Below are positions 54,273 to 63,942 of a DNA stretch of 64,000 bases, one piece after another (position 1 is the stretch's first letter; every line of letters starts with the position of its first letter). Below the pieces are notes generated by a model, which was not told the DNA's origin, did not search any database, and saw only the letters and a list, made by a program, of their open reading frames with translations. Source of the stretch: Nautiliaceae bacterium. GTDB taxonomy: Bacteria; Campylobacterota; Campylobacteria; Campylobacterales; Nautiliaceae. The stretch is taken from positions 27,071 through 91,070 of the forward strand of contig JBDONT010000029.1 of the NCBI GenBank assembly GCA_039831155.1, given 5' to 3'. A program made the translations under genes and the position numbers.

Positions 54273-54966
54273 GAGTATTATTAGTATTTTTAAATTAGCT
54301 GCCGGAGGAGTATGTGTATTTATTACCGGAGCTTTATGCGGAATAAATCCGAAAAACGAACTAAAATACAGAAAATGTTGTTCTAGGTTTTTAATGTCAC
54401 TTGTAGCTGAAGATATTATTGTTGAAGGAGAGTTTGACAAAAATACAAATCTATTAATCGGAAACCACACTACGAATCTAGATATCGCCCTAATGGAGAC
54501 AATAATAAACGAAAAAATAATATGGGTTGCAAAAAAGGAACTAGGAGAAATTCCTATCATCAAATATATGGTTACAAAAAGTGATATGATTTTGGTAGAC
54601 AGAAGCAATAAACGTTCAATTTTAAAAATGCTAAAAGAGATAAAAGACAGAACAAATAGAGGATATAAAGTAATTCTATTCCCGGAAGGCACAAGAAACA
54701 AAATAAATCCTAAAAAAATGATTACGTGGAAAAACGGTCCAAAAGCGGTCGCAGAAAAATTAAATCTAAAAGTCCAACCTTTTGTTATAATAAATTTACC
54801 TTTTGTTTTTCAAAAAAATCCTTTTAGAATCAAAAAACAAAAAATCAAAGTAATATTCCTACCTACCGTAAATCCAAAAGACGACCCACAATGGTTCGAA
54901 AAAACAAAAGAAAAAATGCAAGAAATTTTAGATAAAGAATATAAAGGAGAAAAAAATGAAATTTGA
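54259..54966 (+). CDS. plsC: 1-acyl-sn-glycerol-3-phosphate acyltransferase
   Basis: NHTTNLD, FPEGTR. Confidence 0.9.
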   Translation: MKIIESIISIFKLAAGGVCVFITGALCGINPKNELKYRKCCSRFLMSLVAEDIIVEGEFDKNTNLLIGNHTTNLDIALMETIINEKIIWVAKKELGEIPIIKYMVTKSDMILVDRSNKRSILKMLKEIKDRTNRGYKVILFPEGTRNKINPKKMITWKNGPKAVAEKLNLKVQPFVIINLPFVFQKNPFRIKKQKIKVIFLPTVNPKDDPQWFEKTKEKMQEILDKEYKGEKNEI

Positions 54967-55342
54967 TACAATACTTGCTATAGGAATCGGTGGATTTATA
55001 GGAGCTATCCTTAGGGCTTATACGGCAGGAGTTGTAAACAATGCTGTAAAACACTCTATTCCTTTCGGTACGCTAAGCGTTAACCTAATAGGTAGTCTGC
55101 TTCTTGGAATTTTTATAGGTGCAATTCAATACGGAGCTATTCAAAACCCTTATTTAAAATCTCTTTTAACTACTGGTATGATGGGAGCTTTTACCACATT
55201 TTCAACATTTGCGATTGAGAGCTTTTTTTTATTTAAAAACACTTTATATTTTGAAGCTTTTTCTTATATTTTATTAAACGTAATAGGCAGTATCTTACTT
55301 GCAGCAGCCGGATTTAAAGGGATTGAAGCTATCTTAAAATGA
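54956..55342 (+). CDS. crcB: Fluoride efflux channel
   Basis: GGFIGAILR, GTLSVN, GAFTTFSTF. Confidence 0.95.
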   Translation: MKFDTILAIGIGGFIGAILRAYTAGVVNNAVKHSIPFGTLSVNLIGSLLLGIFIGAIQYGAIQNPYLKSLLTTGMMGAFTTFSTFAIESFFLFKNTLYFEAFSYILLNVIGSILLAAAGFKGIEAILK

Positions 55343-56109
55343 ATCTTTTACTAATTTTATGGGGACTTTTTTTTCTCTTTCTTTTTGTTTTAGCAGTTAA
55401 ACACTTAGTATATCTTAAATGGTTAAAAAAGATAAAATCAGCTCCCATAACTTCCAAAAAGTTAACAATTTTAAACCGATTTCCCGAATACAAATGTTTA
55501 AACGAAACTCAAAAAAAGATTCTACTTTTTAAAATAAGACGATTTATTAAAGAAAAAAACTTCATAGGAATAAAAATCGATATAACCTCTCAAATCAAAT
55601 ACACAATAAGCTTTTACGCTTGTTTAATTACTCTAGGATATGAAATGTTTTGCTATCCTTCATTGGGAAACATCTACGTATATCCTCATACCATAAAAAA
55701 AGAAGAGCTTTTAATAAGTGGGGAAGCTACAAAAGACAGCGTAGTTATAGCGTGGGATGAAGCAAAAAAAGATATTCATAAATCACAAGTAACTATTCAC
55801 GAATTTGCTCACGAACTTGATTTTGAAGAGGGAAACATCAACGGCATACCCCCTATTCCTAAAAGTTCATACTCCCAATGGAATAAAATTATGATAAAAG
55901 AGTTTAAAAAATTTCAACAAAAAATTATAAAAAACAGATTCCTGGGAAAATACTCTCTAATAGATAAATACGCAGCTACAAACGAAGGAGAATTTTTTGC
56001 GGTATTAAGTGAATATTATTTTAAAAAACCTAAACTTCTAAAAAAACATTTTCCAAAGATTTACGAAGAAATGAAAAAATTTTATAAGGTGAGTTTTGAT
56101 GTTTGTTAA
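55339..56109 (+). CDS. M90 (MtfA-like) zinc peptidase
   Basis: IHEFAHELD, YAATNEGEFFAV. Confidence 0.88.
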   Translation: MNLLLILWGLFFLFLFVLAVKHLVYLKWLKKIKSAPITSKKLTILNRFPEYKCLNETQKKILLFKIRRFIKEKNFIGIKIDITSQIKYTISFYACLITLGYEMFCYPSLGNIYVYPHTIKKEELLISGEATKDSVVIAWDEAKKDIHKSQVTIHEFAHELDFEEGNINGIPPIPKSSYSQWNKIMIKEFKKFQQKIIKNRFLGKYSLIDKYAATNEGEFFAVLSEYYFKKPKLLKKHFPKIYEEMKKFYKVSFDVC

Positions 56110-56647
56110 TATAAAACATTTAGAACTAATAAAATTCAATTACTGTCAAGAGTGCGACGAATGCTGTAAAAATAAGTTATTAGCACCTTTAATATTGGAA
56201 GATTTTGAAAAAGTCTACGAATACTTTCCGATAGTAATAGCCAAACTTGATACTTTAAGAATAGTAATGCTGCTTAGTAACGAAAAATGCCCGTATTTGA
56301 AAAACTCGAAATGCTCAATATACGAAAAACGACCTCCGGCTTGCAGAATTTACCCTTATTCCCCGTGGTATGGAGAAATTTTACTTGATATATCTTGTCC
56401 GGGAATAGGAATAAAAGGAGAAAAAATCCCTCTAAATAAAGAAGAGTTTTTAAAATCGCCATTTTACGACGAAAGGTTTGAAAATATTTCGGAAAAACTG
56501 AAAAATTCCTTTTTATGGCTTAAAACACATAAATTAAAATTTTTAACTACCCATAAAGGTATCAAGCTATATACCTTAAAAAACGGAAAAGATAAGTTTT
56601 TTAAAATGCATCAAAAATCTCTCACTCATCTTCATTATTATTTATAA
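56096..56647 (+). CDS. YkgJ-family cysteine-cluster protein
   Basis: CQECDECC, CPYL, CSIYEKRPPACRIYP. Confidence 0.88.
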   Translation: MMFVNIKHLELIKFNYCQECDECCKNKLLAPLILEDFEKVYEYFPIVIAKLDTLRIVMLLSNEKCPYLKNSKCSIYEKRPPACRIYPYSPWYGEILLDISCPGIGIKGEKIPLNKEEFLKSPFYDERFENISEKLKNSFLWLKTHKLKFLTTHKGIKLYTLKNGKDKFFKMHQKSLTHLHYYL

Positions 56648-57068
56648 GTTCTTTAATATTCTCTTTAAAATTACATAAAAACATCGGAAACTCCTCATCA
56701 ACTTTCGCCAAATCTACATATTTTTTAAAAAATTCATCAATATTAACTCCGGCCTGCATTCCAAGAGAATACCCCTTAAACATCTCTTTAAGTTTAGGTG
56801 AATCTACAAGTTCCACCATACTTTCCGCAAAAGCTATCCCCTCATCCAACATTCCCTCTTTCCAAAACCCTATCATATTGTCAAATAAAGTTACAACGGC
56901 AAAAAGTTCTTCTTCGTTGCTTAAATCAAACTTTTCATTATTTGTAAGTTTTATTTGATAAAGCCCGAAAGCCTCCTCAAAAGCTTTTTCAAACGCTTCT
57001 TGTGCTTTTTGAGATTCCCCTTTAGAAAAGGCATTTCTAAAATCAATATAATGCTTTTTTACTTCCAT
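56622..57068 (-). CDS. Hypothetical acidic helical protein
   Basis: 148-aa ORF with AAGGA SD, divergent from the RRM gene. Confidence 0.75.
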   Translation of the reverse strand: MEVKKHYIDFRNAFSKGESQKAQEAFEKAFEEAFGLYQIKLTNNEKFDLSNEEELFAVVTLFDNMIGFWKEGMLDEGIAFAESMVELVDSPKLKEMFKGYSLGMQAGVNIDEFFKKYVDLAKVDEEFPMFLCNFKENIKELINNNEDE

Positions 57069-57101
57069 AAAAATCCTTTTTTTTATAATTTTATCATTTA
57101 T

Positions 57102-57181
57102 TTGCTTTTTAATACAAATAGTGATACAATATCAATTGAAAATTAGCTCCTCTTAAGATTCTCTCTTTAGAAGAACTAATT
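57102..57181 (+). promoter_or_regulatory. Sigma70 promoter and 5' leader hairpin of the RRM gene
   Basis: TTGCTT-N17-TACAAT with TG extension; imperfect stem at 57141-57181. Confidence 0.55.
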
Positions 57182-57208
57182 CAAATTTCACAAATTAGGA
57201 AAAATCAC

Positions 57209-57463
57209 ATGAAAACAATTTACGTAGGAAATATTAACTATCAAGCAACTGAAGAAGACTTAAAACCGTTATTCTCAGAATATGGTGAAGTACTTTCAGT
57301 TAAAATAATAAACGACAGAGAAACAGGAAGAAGCAAAGGTTTCGGATTTATCGAAATGGAAAGTGGAGCTGAAACTGCTATTGAAGAACTTGACGGAAAA
57401 GAGTTCCAAGGCAGAAGACTTAGAGTTAACGAAGCAAGACCAAGAGCTCCTAGAGAATTTTAA
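57209..57463 (+). CDS. RRM-type RNA-binding protein
   Basis: RNP2 IYVGNI, RNP1 KGFGFIEM, LRVNEARPR. Confidence 0.95.
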   Translation: MKTIYVGNINYQATEEDLKPLFSEYGEVLSVKIINDRETGRSKGFGFIEMESGAETAIEELDGKEFQGRRLRVNEARPRAPREF

Positions 57464-57473
57464 TTCTCTTTTT
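57452..57473 (+). terminator. Probable intrinsic terminator
   Basis: AGAGAAT-TTTA-ATTCTCT then TTTT, overlapping the stop codon. Confidence 0.5.
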
Positions 57474-57478
57474 ATTTC

Positions 57479-57820
57479 TTATTTCATAATACCGGTTAAA
57501 ACACAATCCACTTTTATATAACTCATAGAATTATCAGTGGTAGTCACTACTAAAATATCACTCTCATTACTTGTAATGTTTTTATAAACTTTACCTAAAA
57601 AAGAATCAAACTCAAACAAAGAAATATCATCACTCACTTCAAAATGAAGTAAAAAACCTCTTGCAATATGATGAAAATTACTAAAAAGTTTTTCATACGC
57701 CTCTTCAAAATCCTCTGCTTTAACACTCTTTATAAAAGCAAAACCTTCGTATTTTAAAATTAAATTAACATCCTCTAACGTTAAATTAGAATTTTTTTGC
57801 AAAATAGAAATCAAATCCAA
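57479..57820 (-). CDS. Stand-alone FtsZ C-terminal-domain-like protein
   Basis: NLTLEDV, ARGFLLHF, SLFE, TTTDNSM and VDCVLTGI are collinear with FtsZ CTD motifs. Confidence 0.65.
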   Translation of the reverse strand: MDLISILQKNSNLTLEDVNLILKYEGFAFIKSVKAEDFEEAYEKLFSNFHHIARGFLLHFEVSDDISLFEFDSFLGKVYKNITSNESDILVVTTTDNSMSYIKVDCVLTGIMK

Positions 57821-57887
57821 AGAGAAACCTTTTTTTACGAATTTTATAATAATTATTAAAAAAAATAAATCTCTCTAAGGAAAACTA

Positions 57888-58507
57888 TCAATTTATAAGC
57901 TCAAACTTATTTTTTCTTTATTGTAGTTATAAACTTCTCCACTCTCTATTACGTAATACCACCCTATCAAATTAAGTTTTCCACTTTTAACCCTCTCTTT
58001 TACAAAAGGATAAGTCATTAGATTATCAAGCTGCTTTACTATATTTAACTGTTCGGCTTTCCAACTTCTCAATTTAATATCTTTTATATCAATTACGGCC
58101 TCTTTTACATCATACACAAGTTCAAGCCATTTTTTAACAAAAGGAAGTGCGTTTAATTTTTCTTCCGGATAAAAAAGAGCCTTTAAGCCTCCACAATTAC
58201 TATGCCCACACACCAATATGTTCTCAACCTCCAAATACTTAACTGCACATTCAAGAATAGAAGCACTACACTTATAAGTACCGTCATTAATCTCATAAGG
58301 AGGAATAATATTTGCAATGTTTCTTAATACGAACACTTCTCCCGGCATTGTGTTAGTAATTAAATTAGGCACAATTCTGCTATCACTGCAACCTATATAA
58401 AAAGTATGCGGCTTTTGACCTTCTTTAAGTTCTTCAAACAACTCTCTGTTTTTTTCAAAATCTTCATTTTAAAAATCAATTACCCCTTTAAAAAGTTTTT
58501 CATTCAT
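57888..58507 (-). pseudogene. Beta-class carbonic anhydrase, disrupted
   Basis: GCSDSR, RNIAN, GHSNCGG intact; in-frame TAA at codon 13 (58469-58471); probable 1-nt loss in the A6 run at 57910-57915. Confidence 0.75.
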
Positions 58508-59687
58508 TTTCAATCCTTTTAATCAGATTCTCAATAGCATTTAAAATTTTTTCAATAGATGGTAAATAAACCTTTTCGTAAATTGAATGAGGATTATAAA
58601 TAGTAGGACCTATAGAAGCCATAGCGATATGAGGAAATTTATTTTTTAAAACTCCACACTCAAGTCCGGCGTGAATAACTTTATATTCGCTTTTTGTAAT
58701 ATCTTTTAATATTTCGGCCAATTTAGAAATTTCCGGTTTCCACGCCGGATACTCACTATCAAATCCTATTTTAGCCCCATACGTTTTTTCTTTGATATAC
58801 TCTTTTAACTCCTCCAATTTTTCATTTGAATTAGCCCTGATTGAGAGAGTGATTTTTTCATTATCGACCATAGCCAAATTAACCGATTTGCTAACTACCC
58901 TAAACTCAAAATCCCACTCCAAAACGCCGTGAGGAAGTTTTCTTAAAAACTCAAGATAATCATCTTCAATCACATCAACCTCATCTGCATATTCGTTTTC
59001 ATAAAATTCCCCGGCTTTTGCAAACACCGGAATTGAATTTCTTCTCTCTCCACCTCTTAAAAAACTTAATTTATTAACCCTCTTTAAAAGCTCCACAATT
59101 GCATTGGGATGATTTTTATCTATATCTACTCCACTGTGGCCTCCAGGCAATTTATCTATACTAATTTCTCCTATTACCCCTCTTTTTTTCTCAAAATTTA
59201 TAGGATATTCTATTAATACGTCAACCCCACCGGCACATCCGATATAAATATTTTCATCTTCACTGTCCAAATTAAGAAGATATTTAGATTTTAAATCAAG
59301 CTCTAAGTTAAAAGCCCCTATTAAGCCTATTTCTTCATCGTTTGTAAATAAAAACTCAAGATTGTCATACCTTTTCATCAAATAAAGCATAATAGCCAAA
59401 CCGATACCATTATCAGCCCCTAGCGAAGAGTTTTTAGCTTTTAAATAATTTTTTTCATAAATCAGTTCGATATTCGGAGCTTCTCCTACACACACCATAT
59501 CATAATGACTCTGAAGTGCCAAGAGAGGTTCTTTTTTAAAAGCCAAAATATTTCCGGCTTTATCGACTTTATAACTATATCCGCTTTTTTTAATAAAATC
59601 TATAATAAAATTTCTTAACTTATCGGTATTTCCACTACAATGAGGAATTTTCGCAATCTCTTCAAAAATTCTTAAAACCTCTTTCAT
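58500..59687 (-). CDS. pepD: M20 aminoacyl-histidine dipeptidase family
   Basis: LQSHYDMV, LGADNGIG, DEEIG, NLDSE, HAGLECG, PHS. Confidence 0.88.
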   Translation of the reverse strand: MKEVLRIFEEIAKIPHCSGNTDKLRNFIIDFIKKSGYSYKVDKAGNILAFKKEPLLALQSHYDMVCVGEAPNIELIYEKNYLKAKNSSLGADNGIGLAIMLYLMKRYDNLEFLFTNDEEIGLIGAFNLELDLKSKYLLNLDSEDENIYIGCAGGVDVLIEYPINFEKKRGVIGEISIDKLPGGHSGVDIDKNHPNAIVELLKRVNKLSFLRGGERRNSIPVFAKAGEFYENEYADEVDVIEDDYLEFLRKLPHGVLEWDFEFRVVSKSVNLAMVDNEKITLSIRANSNEKLEELKEYIKEKTYGAKIGFDSEYPAWKPEISKLAEILKDITKSEYKVIHAGLECGVLKNKFPHIAMASIGPTIYNPHSIYEKVYLPSIEKILNAIENLIKRIENE

Positions 59688-59752
59688 TTTACCCTCCTTT
59701 TAAAACTTCACAACTCCCTCCCCTTTTAGATATAATTAAAAAAAGGCTTTAA

Positions 59753-59944
59753 ATGAAAAGCATTTTAATTATAATACCACTTTTTTTCATAGGTTGCGTA
59801 AATAAAAAGGGAATTTCTTTTAATTATTACCCGGAATGTAAAGAATATTACGATTTATACGGAGTCTATAAAGAAAAATGTGAAAACAACGTTTATAATT
59901 TTTCACACAAAAAAAGCCCACCTCTTTGTTTAAGATGCAGATAA
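59753..59944 (+). CDS. Small lipoprotein
   Basis: Lipobox FIGC, CKEYYDLYGVY. Confidence 0.7.
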   Translation: MKSILIIIPLFFIGCVNKKGISFNYYPECKEYYDLYGVYKEKCENNVYNFSHKKSPPLCLRCR

Positions 59945-59953
59945 AGGAGCAAA

Positions 59954-60832
59954 ATGATTAACAAAATACTAAAAGAACGCCAAAAATGGTTTGAATGGAA
60001 AAATATAAAACCGATAAAAGAAGAACTTAACACCCTTACAATAGACAAAGCCTCTTATAAACTTGGAGACGTTATAGAGATAAATACAAATCCTTCTTTA
60101 ATGCCTCAAATAAAAAAAATAGCAAAAATGCTAAAACCATGGAGAAAAGGACCTTTTAAAATAAACGACCTTTTTATAGACACCGAATGGAGAAGTTATA
60201 TAAAATGGAACATCATAAAGCCTCACTTAAACCTAAAAGAAAAAGAAATTTTGGATGTAGGGGGCAATAACGGATATTACGCTTTTAGAATGCTTGAGAT
60301 GAACCCAAAAAGTGTAGAAATATGGGACCCTAGTGCTTTATTTAATCTGCAGTTTGAATTTATAAACAAGTTTATAAAAAGTAACATCCAATATAAACTT
60401 CTAGGAGTTGAGCATATACCTATGTCGGATAAAAAATTTGACGTTATTTTCTGTCTTGGGGTCTTATACCATCGCCCGGACCCCGTAACTATGCTAAAAG
60501 AACTAAAACAAGGCCTAAAAGAAAAAGGGGAAGTAATACTTGATACGTTAATAATCGAAGGTGAAGATGAAATAGCCCTAAGCCCAATTAGATATCAAAA
60601 AATGAAAAACGTCTATTTTATCCCTACTCTTAAAGCTCTTTACAACTGGATAGAGAAAGCCAAATTTAAAGAGGTTGAATTTTTAGGTAAAAGATACACT
60701 AAAACGGACGAACAACGCAAAACCAACTGGATTGAGGGAGAAAGTTTGGATAGTTTCTTAAATGAAGACCAAACAAAAACGATAGAGGGGTATCCACCAC
60801 CTCTTCGGGTTTACCTGAAGCTGAAAAATTAA
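59954..60832 (+). CDS. cmoB: tRNA U34 carboxymethyltransferase
   Basis: PWRKGPF, IDTEWRS, DVGGNNGYY, GVLYHR, TIEGYP. Confidence 0.95.
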   Translation: MINKILKERQKWFEWKNIKPIKEELNTLTIDKASYKLGDVIEINTNPSLMPQIKKIAKMLKPWRKGPFKINDLFIDTEWRSYIKWNIIKPHLNLKEKEILDVGGNNGYYAFRMLEMNPKSVEIWDPSALFNLQFEFINKFIKSNIQYKLLGVEHIPMSDKKFDVIFCLGVLYHRPDPVTMLKELKQGLKEKGEVILDTLIIEGEDEIALSPIRYQKMKNVYFIPTLKALYNWIEKAKFKEVEFLGKRYTKTDEQRKTNWIEGESLDSFLNEDQTKTIEGYPPPLRVYLKLKN

Positions 60833-60927
60833 GCTTCAGCTCCTGCATTCATCATAAAATAATAAGTTAGCCCGATAAACACAAAAGTTGTAATAAATGC
60901 TGATGCTAAGACTGTTCCGAATCCCAT
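60829..60927 (-). CDS. 32-aa single-TM small protein
   Basis: MGFGTVLASAFITTFVFIGLTYYFMMNAGAEA; AAGGAG SD at 60934-60939; TATAAT at 60959-60964. Confidence 0.65.
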   Translation of the reverse strand: MGFGTVLASAFITTFVFIGLTYYFMMNAGAEA

Positions 60928-60979
60928 TTTGTTCTCCTTTTTTTTGAAATATAGTAAAATTATACAAAAAAGGAAGTAA

Positions 60980-61852
60980 ATGTCAAAACATTTAACCCAT
61001 ACGAAAGATTTAACAAAAGAAGAGATATTACAAATATTCTCATACGCAAAAGAATATCTTGATGAGAAAAAAAGAGACGATTTAAAAGGTAAACTTGTAA
61101 TTAATATATTTTTTGAAAACTCAACCCGTACCAGAAGTTCTTTTGAAATTGCAGCTAAAAGACTTGGTGCGAATGTTGTAAACTTAGATGTGGCAAGAAG
61201 CTCGACAAGCAAAGGAGAAACACTATTTGATACGGCGGCAAACTTAGACGCAATGGGACCGGATGCAATTATAGTAAGACACAACCGTGCAGGAGTGCCT
61301 AAAATTTTATCTAAATACGTAAAATCATCCATTATAAACGCCGGAGACGGAGCCCATCAACACCCGACCCAAGGTTTACTTGATTTATTTACCTTAATGC
61401 AGGAATGGGGAAGTGTTGAAGGAAAAAAAATAGCCATTATAGGAGACATCAGAAACTCAAGAGTTGCAAACAGCGATATAGAACTTTTTAAAAGATTTAA
61501 TGCAAAAGTTCTACTAGTAGCTCCACCTCACTTTCTTCCTAAAACAAACCTTCCCACAACACACAACATAAAAGAAGCTATAGATTTTGCAGATGCTATT
61601 ATCTCCCTTAGAACCCAAACCGAAAGACACAAACACCCTACTTTTTCGTCACTTCAAGATTACGCCCAAAACTTTAAAATTACAAAAGAGCTTATAAAAG
61701 ATAAAAACATTTTAATTATGCACCCGGGTCCCGTACATAGAAATATAGACCTAGACGATGATGTAATGAGCGATAAGAGATGTTTAGTGTTAAAACAAGT
61801 AAAAAACGGTGTTGCCGTTAGAATGGCGATACTTAAACATTTAATAGGTTAA
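60980..61852 (+). CDS. pyrB: Aspartate carbamoyltransferase catalytic subunit
   Basis: [30 protein letters not shown]. Confidence 0.97.
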   Translation: MSKHLTHTKDLTKEEILQIFSYAKEYLDEKKRDDLKGKLVINIFFENSTRTRSSFEIAAKRLGANVVNLDVARSSTSKGETLFDTAANLDAMGPDAIIVRHNRAGVPKILSKYVKSSIINAGDGAHQHPTQGLLDLFTLMQEWGSVEGKKIAIIGDIRNSRVANSDIELFKRFNAKVLLVAPPHFLPKTNLPTTHNIKEAIDFADAIISLRTQTERHKHPTFSSLQDYAQNFKITKELIKDKNILIMHPGPVHRNIDLDDDVMSDKRCLVLKQVKNGVAVRMAILKHLIG

Positions 61853-61853
61853 A

Positions 61854-62762
61854 ATGAAGTTTTTTTTAATAGATTTTAACAAAAACTTCTATATAGAAGA
61901 TATCGCTAACTTAAAAGATATTTTCTTTTCTTTTCCGACATTTTCAAACCATAACTTAAAACCCGACAAAAAGTGCAAAATAACATCAAAAAAAACTATT
62001 AATTTTCAAACATATAAAAAAGCTTTTACCGAAGTGATAGAAGAGATAAAAAAAGGAAACACATACCTTTTAAACCTAACTTTTCCAACCCAAATAGAGA
62101 CAAACTGCTCACTTCTTGAAATATTTGCAACAAGTAAAGCTCCTTTTAAACTATATTTTAAAAATAAATTCGTATGCTTCTCTCCCGAAAGATTCGTAAA
62201 AATCCAAAACAACAAAATCTACACCTACCCTATGAAAGGAACAATTGAGGCTTCAATTCCTAATGCAAAAGAGAAAATCCTCTCTTGCACAAAAGAGATG
62301 GCCGAACATACTATGGTAGTCGATTTACTAAGAAACGACCTTGGAATAATAGGAAAAGAAGTTAAAGTAAATAAATTCAGATATATAGACAAAATAAAAG
62401 CCGGTGAAAAAGAACTCCTGCAAGTAAGCAGTGAAATAGAAGCCACCCTTCCTAACAACTGGTATAAAGACTGGATGAATATATTAAAGCAAATGTTACC
62501 GGCCGGTTCAATTTCCGGTACTCCTAAAAAAAAGACAATAGAAATCATAAAAAAAGTAGAAAACTATAAAAGAGGATTTTATACCGGAATTTTCGGAATA
62601 ACAGACGAAAAAACCTTCTTAGACAGTGCAGTGATTATAAGATACATAGAAAAAGAAAATAGTAAATTTATATACAAAAGCGGAGGAGGAATTACAATAG
62701 ACAGCGACATACAAAAAGAGTATGAAGAGATGATAAAAAAAGTTTACATTCCTACTCTATAA
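61854..62762 (+). CDS. pabB: Aminodeoxychorismate synthase component I
   Basis: SPERF, PMKGT, EHTMVVDLLRNDL, PAGSISGTPK, GGGIT. Confidence 0.9.
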   Translation: MKFFLIDFNKNFYIEDIANLKDIFFSFPTFSNHNLKPDKKCKITSKKTINFQTYKKAFTEVIEEIKKGNTYLLNLTFPTQIETNCSLLEIFATSKAPFKLYFKNKFVCFSPERFVKIQNNKIYTYPMKGTIEASIPNAKEKILSCTKEMAEHTMVVDLLRNDLGIIGKEVKVNKFRYIDKIKAGEKELLQVSSEIEATLPNNWYKDWMNILKQMLPAGSISGTPKKKTIEIIKKVENYKRGFYTGIFGITDEKTFLDSAVIIRYIEKENSKFIYKSGGGITIDSDIQKEYEEMIKKVYIPTL

Positions 62763-63942
62763 CAGTTCTATTTCTTCCGTTTTTTTTAGCTTTATAAAGT
62801 CTCTCGTCCGCCAATTTTATCATCATAGAAAGAGTTTCGCCCTCATCCGCAATTCCGGCGGAAAAAGTATATTTAATATTCTTAAAAGCTTGTAAAGAAC
62901 GTCTGATTTTCTCCACTACAAATAAAGCTTCTTTTTTAGAAGTATTCGGCATATAAATCAAAAACTCTTCCCCTCCGTATCTCACTATATAATCCGCTTT
63001 TCTAATGTTTTGTTTAATCGTTTTTACAAAATGTTTTAAAATAGAATCTCCTACTTGATGTCCGTAAGTATCATTTATTTTCTTAAAATAATCGATATCT
63101 AACATAACTACGCTTTTTAAATCATGTAAATTAAACATATTATCCAAATAATTTTCTAAAAACAGTCTGTTATAAGCGGAAGTCAAAGGGTCAATTTGAG
63201 CCTGCTTTTTAATTTTCATCACATTTTCATAGATTTCAAATAAATTATTTACCCTTAAAATAAACTCTTCTTTTAAAAATGGTTTTTTAATATAATCGTT
63301 TGCTCCATATTTTAAAGCTCTTAAAAATTTTTTAGTATTATCATATTCCGAAATAACTATAACCGGCAATTCGCTCATACTATGCTTATCCCTTATATTT
63401 AAAAGCAATTCACAACCGTCCATTACCGGCATATCCAAATCACTAATTACCATATTTATTTCATACTTATCCAGCATTTTCAAAGCTTCATAACCATTTG
63501 TTGCTAAAAACACATTAAAAAACACTTTTTCAAGTAAATTCTTTTTATATTCAAGCATCATAATAGAATCGTCAACAACCAATACATTTAAAGATTTGTT
63601 TTTATGAAGACGCTTAATAAAATTAATTAAATATTCGATAGTGCGATAGTCATCTTTTTCTATAGATTCTATAATTTCACTTTTAATCTCAATTCCCTGA
63701 AAATCATCGTTAGTTAAAATAATAATATTTTTCGTTTTATTCAAAAGATAATGAATATGTTCGGCATTTAAAGCATCCGGTAAAAAACAGTCACATAAAT
63801 ATAAATCGTAACTATCGGAAATATGAAGAAGTTCTTTAAATGAATGAATAGTATCACACTCTGCAAAAACCAAATATTTATTGATACTTTTTTTCAAAAG
63901 CTTAGCATAAATATCATTACTTTCCACAATTAAAATTCTCAT
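62752..63942 (-). CDS. REC-REC-GGDEF diguanylate cyclase response regulator
   Basis: Two receiver domains; DIDYFKKINDTYGH, RKAD I-site, GGEEF. Confidence 0.92.
   Translation of the reverse strand: MRILIVESNDIYAKLLKKSINKYLVFAECDTIHSFKELLHISDSYDLYLCDCFLPDALNAEHIHYLLNKTKNIIILTNDDFQGIEIKSEIIESIEKDDYRTIEYLINFIKRLHKNKSLNVLVVDDSIMMLEYKKNLLEKVFFNVFLATNGYEALKMLDKYEINMVISDLDMPVMDGCELLLNIRDKHSMSELPVIVISEYDNTKKFLRALKYGANDYIKKPFLKEEFILRVNNLFEIYENVMKIKKQAQIDPLTSAYNRLFLENYLDNMFNLHDLKSVVMLDIDYFKKINDTYGHQVGDSILKHFVKTIKQNIRKADYIVRYGGEEFLIYMPNTSKKEALFVVEKIRRSLQAFKNIKYTFSAGIADEGETLSMMIKLADERLYKAKKNGRNRTVIE

Noticed and set aside
54900-54956. Fluoride riboswitch ahead of crcB
   Set aside because: crcB overlaps plsC; no leader or motif visible
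60928-61332. Upper part of the 167-aa minus-strand ORF
   Set aside because: Antisense shadow of pyrB; only the last 32 codons have their own SD
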